64,000 bases of DNA from an uncultured Mobilibacterium sp. GTDB lineage: Bacteria > Bacillota > Clostridia > Peptostreptococcales > Anaerovoracaceae. Positions within the stretch are counted from its first letter, which is position 1, and every line of letters begins with the position of its first letter. The notes beneath the pieces were generated by a model. It ran no database searches, was not told where the DNA came from, and was given only the letters and a program-made list of their open reading frames with translations. Position numbers and translations under genes: made by a program. Of this stretch, positions 1 to 8,186 are shown one piece after another. The stretch spans positions 134,024 to 198,023 of the forward strand of contig CAMYCF010000001.1 of assembly GCA_947254375.1 (NCBI GenBank). The letters run 5' to 3'.

Positions 1-1484
1 TATGCGTCTGACGCTGACAGCGCACCGTCTATGATGCTGTACTGGACGATATCCGTAGCGAGGGCCGCAAAAGCGTCGAAATCGACTTCCACTTTGCCCG
101 TGCTCATTACGAATATAGTATCGCCGTCGAGGCTTCCGTGGACCGGTTTTACCGCCCTGGCGTATCCGTCGTGCAGCACCGTTGCCAGCCTGTTGCACTC
201 GGTCTTGGTGAGTTTTGCATTCGTCATCAGGCAGGATATCGTCGTATTGAACGGCACCTTGTATCCGAGGTCATCCTCGCTGAGCTCGTACCTGCGCGTC
301 GCCCTGTCGTCAGGCTGAACAGTGACAGGCTCCTCTGCGGCGTAAAAATCGTCCGCAGGCTCCATTTCGAGCGTTTTATCGATGTCGCTCTCAGGCGCGG
401 CTTCTTCTGCCGTCGCCGCGACTTCTTCCTCGTCCTGAGCGGATACTTCAGGTCCTTCGTCAAAAATATTGCTGAAGTGTTCGGCAGCATCGTCGTAAAA
501 ATACTCCTCGCGTTCAGATATTTCGCGCTCCGCAAGCTCGCACTCTACCGTTTCGCGATCGACTTTCTCGCGATCCGCCGTGATCTCGGAAGGCTGTTCT
601 TCCTCTTTTGCAGGCATCGGTTCGGCGCCCGCTTCCATTTCTATCCTTCTTGCAGAGGCTCCTTCGGAGTCGCGCTCTTCGGCCTGCTCGAGGTAGAGGT
701 CGAGTATGTCGTCCGCGATGATGTCCGGGGCGCTCATAGCCGGCATAACGTCGTTCAGCGAATCAGCGTATCCTGCTTTCAAAGCGTCCAAGGTATCAGA
801 CGATGCGGAAGCATCTCCCAAAGTCACCCTGTTCTTGAGGTAATTCGTCGTTCCGTATATCGCTGTTCCCTTGCCGTCGAGGAGTCCTGCGATTATTTCG
901 TTCCTGTCGTTCCTTATATCTCCGAGAGCGTTGACGGCCGTAACGGCTCCGACATAGAGGATGTCATCCGTGCAGGCGTATGTGCCGAGTCCGGCTTTCA
1001 TCGCGCGGTCCATGCCGCAGGCTTTTCCTACCGTCGCGCCTGTACCGGCACCGTGATTGCCGTTTGGGAAGACGCCTTTGAATGCGTTCGCCGTCGCGAT
1101 CTTACCCATGAGTTTGTCGGGTCTCGCTTTCGGACTTCCTACCCCGAGGTCGAAGAGGGCCGCCTGTGAAACGATAGGTATCCTGAGTTCTCCCATCGGA
1201 AATCCGATACCCTTTTCTTCGAGATATTCCATAGTACCGGAAGCCGCTTCGAGTCCGAAGGCACTGCCGCCGCTCAAAACTACGGCGTGTATCTTCTGAA
1301 CGGTCTTATCGGCCGCAAGAAGATCGGTCTCGCGCGTAGCGGGTCCGCCTCCTCTGACATCCACTCCGGCAGTCGCACCGTCTTCACAAACGACAACCGT
1401 ACAACCGGTCGCACCTTCGATATCTTCGGCGTTGCCTACTCTGAAACCTTCGATATCGGTGATCTCAACTCTGCGAAAACTCAT
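1..1484 (-). CDS. P1-family (S58, DmpA-like) aminopeptidase. ATG at 1484 with RBS GGAGGG. The reading frame runs off the window start, so the C-terminus is outside the window. Carries a ~150-aa acidic low-complexity insertion.
   Basis: Manual translation of the minus strand: MSFRRVEITDIEGFRVGNAEDIEGATGCTVVVCEDGATAGVDVRGGGP...AVTAVNALGD...FNTTISCLMTNAKLTKTECNRLATVLHDGYARAVKPVHGSLDGDTIFVMSTGK. These are Peptidase_S58 hallmarks (NTTI motif, DGDT). No in-frame stop was found down to nt 1. The ORF track did not report this frame. Confidence 0.7.
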   Translation of the reverse strand, partial: MSFRRVEITDIEGFRVGNAEDIEGATGCTVVVCEDGATAGVDVRGGGPATRETDLLAADKTVQKIHAVVLSGGSAFGLEAASGTMEYLEEKGIGFPMGELRIPIVSQAALFDLGVGSPKARPDKLMGKIATANAFKGVFPNGNHGAGTGATVGKACGMDRAMKAGLGTYACTDDILYVGAVTAVNALGDIRNDRNEIIAGLLDGKGTAIYGTTNYLKNRVTLGDASASSDTLDALKAGYADSLNDVMPAMSAPDIIADDILDLYLEQAEERDSEGASARRIEMEAGAEPMPAKEEEQPSEITADREKVDRETVECELAEREISEREEYFYDDAAEHFSNIFDEGPEVSAQDEEEVAATAEEAAPESDIDKTLEMEPADDFYAAEEPVTVQPDDRATRRYELSEDDLGYKVPFNTTISCLMTNAKLTKTECNRLATVLHDGYARAVKPVHGSLDGDTIFVMSTGKVEVDFDAFAALATDIVQYSIIDGALSASDA

Positions 1485-1522
1485 AAGGACCCTCCCTTCC
1501 GGATCAGCGTAAAAAATACTTC

Positions 1523-2248
1523 CTATTCTTCGTCGTCAAGCTCGCAGTTGAACGCGACGTTCTGGACGTCATCGTTGTCTTCCAGCGCGTCGATCAGCTT
1601 CCTGAGCTTTTTCATGTCGTTAGGGTCTGTAATGCTCGCCTCTATGGACGGGATGTTTTCGACTTCCGCATCTGCAAGCTCGTATCCCGCATTTTTGAGG
1701 GCTCCCGATACATCGTGCAGAGCGCCCGGCTCGGTGAGTATCTCAAAAGCGTCCTCTTCCGTCGTCATATCTTCCGCGCCGGCATCGAGGGCTTCCATCA
1801 TGAGAGCTTCCTCGTCGATCGCGTCCGTCTTCTCTACGAGGATGACTCCTTTTCTCGAGAACATATAGGAAACGCATCCCGGCGTACCGAGGTTTCCTCC
1901 GTTTTTATCGAATATGGACCTTATGAACGAAGTTGTCCTGTTTTTATTGTCCGTCAGAGCTTCTACGATTATGGCGACTCCCGCAGGGCCGTATCCTTCG
2001 AACATCAGCTCTTCGTACGACTCGCCGTCGAGCTCTCCGCTTCCTTTTTTTACCGCCCTGTTTATATTGTCGTTAGGCATACCGATCGCTTTAGCCTTAT
2101 CGATCGCCGTTCTGAGTGCCGGATTGAATCCGGGATCGCCTCCCGCCTTCGCGGCAACTATTATCTGCCTTGTATATTTAGTAAACATCGCCGCGCGCTT
2201 TGCATCCTGCGCCGACTTTCTTCCGGCTATGGTTCCGTGTCTGCCCAC
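1523..2248 (-). CDS. yebC: YebC/PmpR-family DNA-binding transcriptional regulator. GTG start, RBS AAGGAGG.
   Basis: 241 aa with strong family resemblance: GRKSAQDAKRAAMFTKYTRQI...GGDPGFNPALRTAIDKAKA. A sigma-A-like promoter sits upstream: TTGTAA-17-TATAAT at about 2270-2300 on the minus strand. Confidence 0.9.
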   Translation of the reverse strand: MGRHGTIAGRKSAQDAKRAAMFTKYTRQIIVAAKAGGDPGFNPALRTAIDKAKAIGMPNDNINRAVKKGSGELDGESYEELMFEGYGPAGVAIIVEALTDNKNRTTSFIRSIFDKNGGNLGTPGCVSYMFSRKGVILVEKTDAIDEEALMMEALDAGAEDMTTEEDAFEILTEPGALHDVSGALKNAGYELADAEVENIPSIEASITDPNDMKKLRKLIDALEDNDDVQNVAFNCELDDEE

Positions 2249-2355
2249 TGTTTTTCCTCCTTAAAATGCAATTATTACCTATAGATTATATCGTATATTT
2301 TTACTCGTTACAAGAAGCCGTTAAAGCCCTGTAAAAGGCCCGCTGCAAACTCTCC

Positions 2356-5300
2356 CTACGCTCCGGCCGCATCAGGGCTTTTATCCTCAGCCTGCGCCTT
2401 CTCGAGGTTCTTAAAAGCCGTAGACATCATCATTTTTATCCTGTTGAGCTGGTTTACGTTGCTCGCGCCCGGGTCGTAGTCGATCGCGACGATGTTGGCC
2501 TCTTTGTCGTAATTCCTGAGGGCTTTTATCATGCCCTTGCCCGTAACGTGGTTCGGCAGGCACGCGAACGGCTGCAGGCAGAGGATATTTTTGACGCCCG
2601 AATTTATGAGCTCGACCATTTCACCGGTGAGGAGCCAGCCTTCGCCGCACTGATTACCTATCGAGATGATCTTTGACGCGTTCTCGGCCGTTTCCTCTAT
2701 GTGCGGATCCGGCGTGAATCGCTCGCTCCTCCTGCACGCCCTTCTGACGATGTCGCGGAGGCGCTCGATCTTGTTGATAACGAACCTGTTGACCATCATC
2801 TCCGTCTTCTTCCCGGAAAGGTACCTGTAGTTGAAGAACTTGTTCAGCATCCCGTATTCGAAGAAGTCGACGAACGACGGTACGACCGCCTCCCCGCCCT
2901 CTTTCTCGATGAGGTCGACGAGGTTATCGTTAGCGTTCGGGTGATATTTTACGAGGATCTCGCCGACGATGCCGACTCTCGGTTTTTTTACGTCCTCATT
3001 GAGAGGCAGCGCGTCGAATTCTTTTACGATATCGATGACGTTGTTTCTGAACTCGAAGTCGACGAGGTTCTGGCAGTTCACGATTATGCGGTCGAACCAG
3101 CTGTCCATAAGCGCCTGAGCGCTCCCGGGAACCTTCTCGTAAGGCCGCGTCCTGTAGAGGCATTTCATCATCAGATCGCCGTATATCGCCGCGTATGCGA
3201 GGCGCTCGCCCATTTTTACCGAGATCTTGAAGCCCGGAGCGGACTCAGTCCCGGCGACATTGAACGAAATTACAGGCACCTGTGACATCCCCATGTCCTT
3301 CAGCGCTTTACGGAGGAGCGGCACGTAGTTGCTCGCACGGCATCCGCCGCCCGTCTGCGACATGAATATTGCGACCTTATCGAGGTCGTATTTGCCGGAT
3401 TTGAGCGCGGCGATGATCTGTCCGAGCGTGACGATCGTCGGATAACAGGCGTCGTTGTTTATGTACCTGAGGCCCTCTTCTTCCGAAGTCTTGCTCGTTT
3501 CCGGTAAAAGCTCCGCCTTGTATCCCATAAGATTCATTATCTTTTCAAAATATTTGAAGTGTATCGGAGACATCTGAGGCATGAGTATCGTATACCCCTC
3601 TCTCCTCATCTCCTTCGTAAAAGTCCTCCGCCTGTATGGCTCGTTCGTCCTGCCCGCCTTCGCGCCGGACTTGTCCCTCTCCTCGAGAGCCGCCTTGAGC
3701 GACCTTATCCTTATCTTGGCCGCACCGAGGTTCGAGCCCTCGTCTATCTTGAGGACCGTGTATATTTTACCGTTGTTCGAAAGGAGCTCCTCCACCTCGT
3801 CCGTCGTAACGGCGTCGAGACCGCAGCCGAACGAATTGAGCTGAACGAGTTCGAGGTCGTCCCGCTGACCGGCGAAGATCGCAGCCTTATATAGCCTCGA
3901 ATGGTAGACCCACTGGTCGAGTATCCTGACCGGCCTCGCCGTCTCCACCCTGCCGCTTATCGAATCTTCCGTGAGGACAGCCATGCCGAGCGAAGTTATC
4001 ACCTTGTCGATGCCGTGATTGATCTCGGGGTCGATGTGGTACGGCCTTCCGGAGAGGACGATGCCTTTCACGCCGTTCTCTTCCATGTAGTCGAGCGTCT
4101 TTTCGCCCATTTCGCGCACCTTGTCCTTGAATTCGGCGTAAGCTCGCCTGCCAGCTTCGACGGCGGCTTTTATCTCGTCCTTCGGTATGTTGAGCGAGAA
4201 GAGGCTGTATTCCCTGTTGTCGTCCTTAAAATCGTACGTTTTAGCGATGTTCGCCACGCTGTCCGTGTCGACCTTCCTTTCGCCGCGGAAAAAGTCGTAG
4301 AGCTGATCCACGAGCTTCCTGTCGTTGTCGTACGGCAGGAACGGGTGGTAAAACTCCACGTCGTTGCGGTAAAAGATCTCCGCCATGTTTTTATCTATTA
4401 CTTCCGGGTACGTCGCTACGATCGGGCAGTTGTAGTGGTTCGGCGCCGTGACGTCCTCGATCGTCTCGTAATTGATGCACGGATAAAAGATCCGCTTCAC
4501 CCCTTTGTCCACGAGTTTCTTTATGTGACCGTGGACTAGTTTCGCCGGATAACACGCCGTGTCCGACGATATCGACGCCATTCCCGCCTCGTACAGCTTC
4601 TTGCTGCTGATCGGGCTCAGAACTATGTTGAACCCGAGCGTCGTAAAGAAAGCGTGCCAGAACGGGTAGTCCTCATACATGTTGAGGACCCTCGGCATCC
4701 CTATCGTGCCGCGCTTCGCCTCCGCCGCCAGGAGCGGTTTCGCCGAGAACAGAAGCTTCAGCTTCTCTTGGTACATGTTCGGTATGTCGTTATCCTCGAT
4801 GTCGATACCTGCGCCGCGTTCGCACCTGTTCCCCGTCACATACCTGCTCCCGTCAGGGAACTTCGTTATCGTGAGTATGCACTTGTTACCGCACTTGTCG
4901 CACCTTCCGTTGAGGTTCTCGACGGTAAAATCTTCGATCTCCTCTTTCGATAAAAGCGACGAGCCCTTCGCCCGTTCTTCGGCGGAAAGCGCCTCCCATT
5001 TCGACTCCGCGATTATCGCGGATCCGAACGCTCCCATGAGGCCCGATATGTCCGGCCTTACGACTTCCTTCCCCAGGATCTTCTCGATGCTTCTCAGTAC
5101 GGCATCGTTCAGGAAAGTGCCGCCCTGGACGACGATCTTATCGCCCGTCTCGTCGGTGTTCCTGAGTTTTATTACCTTATACAGCGCATTTTTGATTACG
5201 GAGTACGACAGTCCCGCGGAGATGTCCCCGACCGTCACGCCTTCCTTCTGCGCCTGTTTTACTCTCGAATTCATAAAAACAGTGCATCTCGTCCCGAGGT

Positions 5301-6723
5301 CCACCGGTTTTTCGGCGAGCACGGCGATGTTCGCAAAATCGGCGACTTCCATGTCGACGGATTTCGCATACGTCTCAATAAAAGATCCGCATCCCGACGA
5401 GCACGCTTCGTTCAGCATGATGTTGTTGATCGCGCCGTCCTTCACCTTCATGCACTTCATGTCCTGACCGCCGATGTCGAGGATAAAAGTGACCCCAGGC
5501 AGGAATTCTTCGGCCGCCTTGTAGTGCGCCATAGTCTCGATCTCGCCGTCATCGACCTTGAAAGCCGCTTTTATGAGGGCTTCTCCGTATCCCGTCACGA
5601 CGGAATGCGCGATGTACGCCTTCTCCGGCATGAGCGCATAGACTTCTTTCAGTATTTCTTTGACGACTTCCAGAGGATTTCCCTCGTTGCCGCCGTAATA
5701 TTCGTAAAGGAGATCCCTGTCTTTATCGATAAGAGCCGCTTTCGTGGTCGTGGATCCCGCATCTATCCCGAGGAAAAGAGGTCCTTCCGCCGAAGCGATG
5801 TCCCCCCTTTGGATCTTCGCCTTATCGTGGCGCGCCTTGAACTCCGCGTACTCCTTTTCGTCCTTGAAAAGCGGATCGAGGTATTTGGTCGCACTTACCT
5901 TCGCGTTCTTCGATCTTTTTATCCTGCTGATGAGATGAGATATTTTTACCTGCCTCTCCCCGCCCGCGAGATATGCGGCGCCGAGAGCGACGAAGTACTT
6001 CGAATTTTCCGGGAAAATGACCTCGTCATCGGAGAGTTCGAGCGTTTTTATAAAAGCCTTCCGTAGCTCCGAAAGGTAGGTCAAAGGGCCGCCGAGAAAA
6101 GCGACGTGTCCCTCGATCGGGTGACCGCACGCGAGACCGCCTATCGTTTGGTTGACGACCGCCTGAAAAATGGACGCGGCGATGTCCGCCGTCTCCGCAC
6201 CGTCGTTGATGAGCGGCTGTATGTCAGTCTTCGCAAAAACGCCGCAGCGCGACGCTATCGGATAAATGATCTTTGCATTTTTGGCGGCTTCGTTCAGCCC
6301 CTGAGCGTCCGTGTTCAGAAGGACTGCCATTTGGTCGATAAAAGCCCCGGTGCCGCCGGCGCATGTCCCGTTCATCCTCTGCTCGACGGTCGCTCCGTAA
6401 TACGTTATTTTGGCGTCCTCGCCGCCGAGCTCTATCGCGACATCCGTCTCCGGTATCAGCGATTCCACGGCCTTGCTGCAGGAGATGACCTCCTGCTCGA
6501 ATCTGATGCCGAGTATGTCGGCGAGGCTCAGGCCTCCTGACCCCGTTATGACAGGACGCACGGAAAAATCCCCCTTCTCGTCCAAAAGCTGCTGAAGGAG
6601 GTCCCCAACTTTTTCGAAGACACTCGACATGTGCCTCTCGTATTTGGAATAAACTATGTCGTTATCATCATCGAGCACGACAAGTTTTACGGTCGTTGAC
6701 CCTACATCGATTCCCAGTCTCAT
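2356..6723 (-). CDS. Large activase/dehydratase fusion protein. Two tandem BadF/BadG/BcrA/BcrD (HgdC-like, ASKHA) ATPase domains are followed by a Cys-motif and an HgdB/D-like (DUF2229) domain. It belongs to the family annotated as CoA-substrate-specific enzyme activase. It is PlsA-like and a candidate plasmalogen synthase component.
   Basis: 1455 aa. N-terminal domain 1 begins MRLGIDVGSTTVKLVV. Domain 2 begins LFLGIDAGSTTTKAALI and contains CSSGCGSF. A CDKCGNKC motif is followed by about 800 aa of HgdB-like sequence. Confidence 0.8.
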   Translation of the reverse strand: MRLGIDVGSTTVKLVVLDDDNDIVYSKYERHMSSVFEKVGDLLQQLLDEKGDFSVRPVITGSGGLSLADILGIRFEQEVISCSKAVESLIPETDVAIELGGEDAKITYYGATVEQRMNGTCAGGTGAFIDQMAVLLNTDAQGLNEAAKNAKIIYPIASRCGVFAKTDIQPLINDGAETADIAASIFQAVVNQTIGGLACGHPIEGHVAFLGGPLTYLSELRKAFIKTLELSDDEVIFPENSKYFVALGAAYLAGGERQVKISHLISRIKRSKNAKVSATKYLDPLFKDEKEYAEFKARHDKAKIQRGDIASAEGPLFLGIDAGSTTTKAALIDKDRDLLYEYYGGNEGNPLEVVKEILKEVYALMPEKAYIAHSVVTGYGEALIKAAFKVDDGEIETMAHYKAAEEFLPGVTFILDIGGQDMKCMKVKDGAINNIMLNEACSSGCGSFIETYAKSVDMEVADFANIAVLAEKPVDLGTRCTVFMNSRVKQAQKEGVTVGDISAGLSYSVIKNALYKVIKLRNTDETGDKIVVQGGTFLNDAVLRSIEKILGKEVVRPDISGLMGAFGSAIIAESKWEALSAEERAKGSSLLSKEEIEDFTVENLNGRCDKCGNKCILTITKFPDGSRYVTGNRCERGAGIDIEDNDIPNMYQEKLKLLFSAKPLLAAEAKRGTIGMPRVLNMYEDYPFWHAFFTTLGFNIVLSPISSKKLYEAGMASISSDTACYPAKLVHGHIKKLVDKGVKRIFYPCINYETIEDVTAPNHYNCPIVATYPEVIDKNMAEIFYRNDVEFYHPFLPYDNDRKLVDQLYDFFRGERKVDTDSVANIAKTYDFKDDNREYSLFSLNIPKDEIKAAVEAGRRAYAEFKDKVREMGEKTLDYMEENGVKGIVLSGRPYHIDPEINHGIDKVITSLGMAVLTEDSISGRVETARPVRILDQWVYHSRLYKAAIFAGQRDDLELVQLNSFGCGLDAVTTDEVEELLSNNGKIYTVLKIDEGSNLGAAKIRIRSLKAALEERDKSGAKAGRTNEPYRRRTFTKEMRREGYTILMPQMSPIHFKYFEKIMNLMGYKAELLPETSKTSEEEGLRYINNDACYPTIVTLGQIIAALKSGKYDLDKVAIFMSQTGGGCRASNYVPLLRKALKDMGMSQVPVISFNVAGTESAPGFKISVKMGERLAYAAIYGDLMMKCLYRTRPYEKVPGSAQALMDSWFDRIIVNCQNLVDFEFRNNVIDIVKEFDALPLNEDVKKPRVGIVGEILVKYHPNANDNLVDLIEKEGGEAVVPSFVDFFEYGMLNKFFNYRYLSGKKTEMMVNRFVINKIERLRDIVRRACRRSERFTPDPHIEETAENASKIISIGNQCGEGWLLTGEMVELINSGVKNILCLQPFACLPNHVTGKGMIKALRNYDKEANIVAIDYDPGASNVNQLNRIKMMMSTAFKNLEKAQAEDKSPDAAGA

Positions 6724-6847
6724 TTTATACCCCTAAAATAAATACCCTTTTTGAGACCGCGCGGTTTTAAGTCCCCGCGGTCATATATGTGATGCTTCGA
6801 AATTTTACACGCAAAGATGTAGTGTTTCGAAAGCTTACACACAAAAT

Positions 6848-7197
6848 CGGGCAAACCGTAAGCCGGGTTCTGTATTTGACGATCATCCATCTTGTGCGGC
6901 TGTTACCAACCGCATCCAGCGACTTACCTACGGGCACAGCGGGCCACTGCTTTTCGCGCCCTGCTTAGTCTTGCTCCGGATGGGGTTTACACGGCCGCCG
7001 TGTCTCCACGACGCCGGTGAGCTCTTACCTCACCATTTCAACCTTACCACGGCATTACCCGTTTCGGCGGAATGTTTCTGTTGCACTTTCCCTATAGTTA
7101 CCTACGCCGGACGTTATCCGGCATCCTGCCCTACGGAGCCCGGACTTTCCTCGTGACTTGCACGCGATCGCCTGGTTTACCCATTTGAAAATTTTAC
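6848..7197 (-). ncRNA. rnpB: RNase P RNA, bacterial type A.
   Basis: Reverse complement reads GGGTAAACCAGGCGATCGCGTGCAAGTCACGAGGAAAGTCCGGGCTCCGTAGGGCAGGATGCC...GGTAAGAGCTCACC...ACAGAACCCGGCTTACGGTTTGCCCG. These are the universally conserved RNase P motifs. The P1 pairing is GGGTAAACC with GGTTTGCCC. An extended -10 promoter (TGgTAAAAT) lies just upstream. Confidence 0.85.
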
Positions 7198-7280
7198 CAC
7201 TTTTTACTAAAAATGTGTGCTTAAAATTAAAATTTTGCCTTTTGCGGTAAAAAATATTTTTTAGGCACACGTGTTTCCGC

Positions 7281-7309
7281 ATAAAAAGGCGGGGAAAGAG
7301 TTCCCCGCC
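7281..7309 (-). terminator. Rho-independent terminator after the surface-protein gene.
   Basis: Hairpin GGCGGGGAACTCTTTCCCCGCC followed by TTTTTAT, read on the minus strand. Confidence 0.6.
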
Positions 7310-7334
7310 GATTTCGGTATGTTTTAAGTAAAGC

Positions 7335-8186
7335 TTATCCTATCCAAACTCCGTCCGATGAGAATTTGTAAGTTTTACCGTCGATTTTGACCTCTCCGCC
7401 TGCCTGCATTTTACCGTCGCTGTGCAGATAGTACCAGTACTTGCCGTCCTGTATCCAGCCGGTCTGCATCGCACCCGAGGTGCTCATGTAGTACCAGTTT
7501 TTATCGATGTACTTCCAGCCGGTCGCCATTCTGCCGTCTTCCGTGAGGTAGTATTTGCTTCCGGAGTCGGTGACCCAACCTATGAACCTTTTGCCATTGT
7601 CGATGAAGTACAAGTAGCTGTTATACAGGTACCAACCCTGATGACCTGCGCCGTTTGCTTCGAAGTAGTACCATGAGCCGGCCGTGTATTGCCACCCGGT
7701 CTGCATGATGCCGTCTTTGTTGACGTAATAGCGGTGACCGTCGGGTGCTTTGAAGACGGAATTGGTGAGCATAACGCTGTCTGAGATGTAATACCACTCG
7801 TTTCCATAATACAGCCAGCCCGTGAACTCTTTTCCGTCTTTGTCGTAGTAGTACCAGGTATTGTTTTGGTACTGCCAGCCCGTTTTCTTTTGAGGGAATT
7901 TATCGAGATCCGCTTTGGCGAGGTTGTAGTTTACGAGAGCCTCGTTATATTCCTTTGTGGCTTTCGCCAGATCATCGGCCGTCGCCTTTTCGTCGGCTGT
8001 AGCTTTTTCAAGTGCAGCCTTTGCTTTTTCCAATCTGTCGTTTGCTGCCGCGACGGCGTCATCGTAAGGCTTGAGGATGTCGGCAAGGACTCCGTATGTC
8101 GACGGGTCTCCTGCGACTGCCCCCCTTTGCAGCATCAAGCAACGGTTGGGTTTTCTCAATGCCTTCATTGGCCTTTTCATAATCAT
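7335..8186 (-). CDS. Cell-wall-binding (choline-binding-type, CW_binding_1) repeat segment. This is the C-terminal continuation of the 8059..10869 ORF after a frameshift, so it may be a pseudogene or phase-variable segment.
   Basis: Tandem ~20-aa GW/YY repeats: TGWQYQNNTWYYYDKDG, TGWLYYGNEWYYISDS, TGWQYTAGSWYYFEANG and others. No signal peptide of its own. The coiled-coil sequence continues seamlessly from the upstream frame. Confidence 0.6.
   Translation of the reverse strand: MIMKRPMKALRKPNRCLMLQRGAVAGDPSTYGVLADILKPYDDAVAAANDRLEKAKAALEKATADEKATADDLAKATKEYNEALVNYNLAKADLDKFPQKKTGWQYQNNTWYYYDKDGKEFTGWLYYGNEWYYISDSVMLTNSVFKAPDGHRYYVNKDGIMQTGWQYTAGSWYYFEANGAGHQGWYLYNSYLYFIDNGKRFIGWVTDSGSKYYLTEDGRMATGWKYIDKNWYYMSTSGAMQTGWIQDGKYWYYLHSDGKMQAGGEVKIDGKTYKFSSDGVWIG

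Noticed and set aside
138-1169. 343-aa plus-strand ORF. Likewise the other long plus-strand ORFs 18161..19246, 29149..30564, 38753..39868, 45069..46877, 51062..52402, 55454..56350 and 57156..58487.
   Set aside because: All are antisense to minus-strand genes with clear conserved-family identity. Their translations are Arg/Ser/Cys-rich low-complexity sequence typical of GC-rich antisense frames, and none has an RBS. The first one mirrors the acidic insert of the S58 peptidase.
6971-7282. ORFs 6971..7156 (+) and 7055..7282 (-) as protein-coding genes.
   Set aside because: They overlap the RNase P RNA gene. The sequence has canonical rnpB motifs and secondary-structure pairing, not coding signatures.
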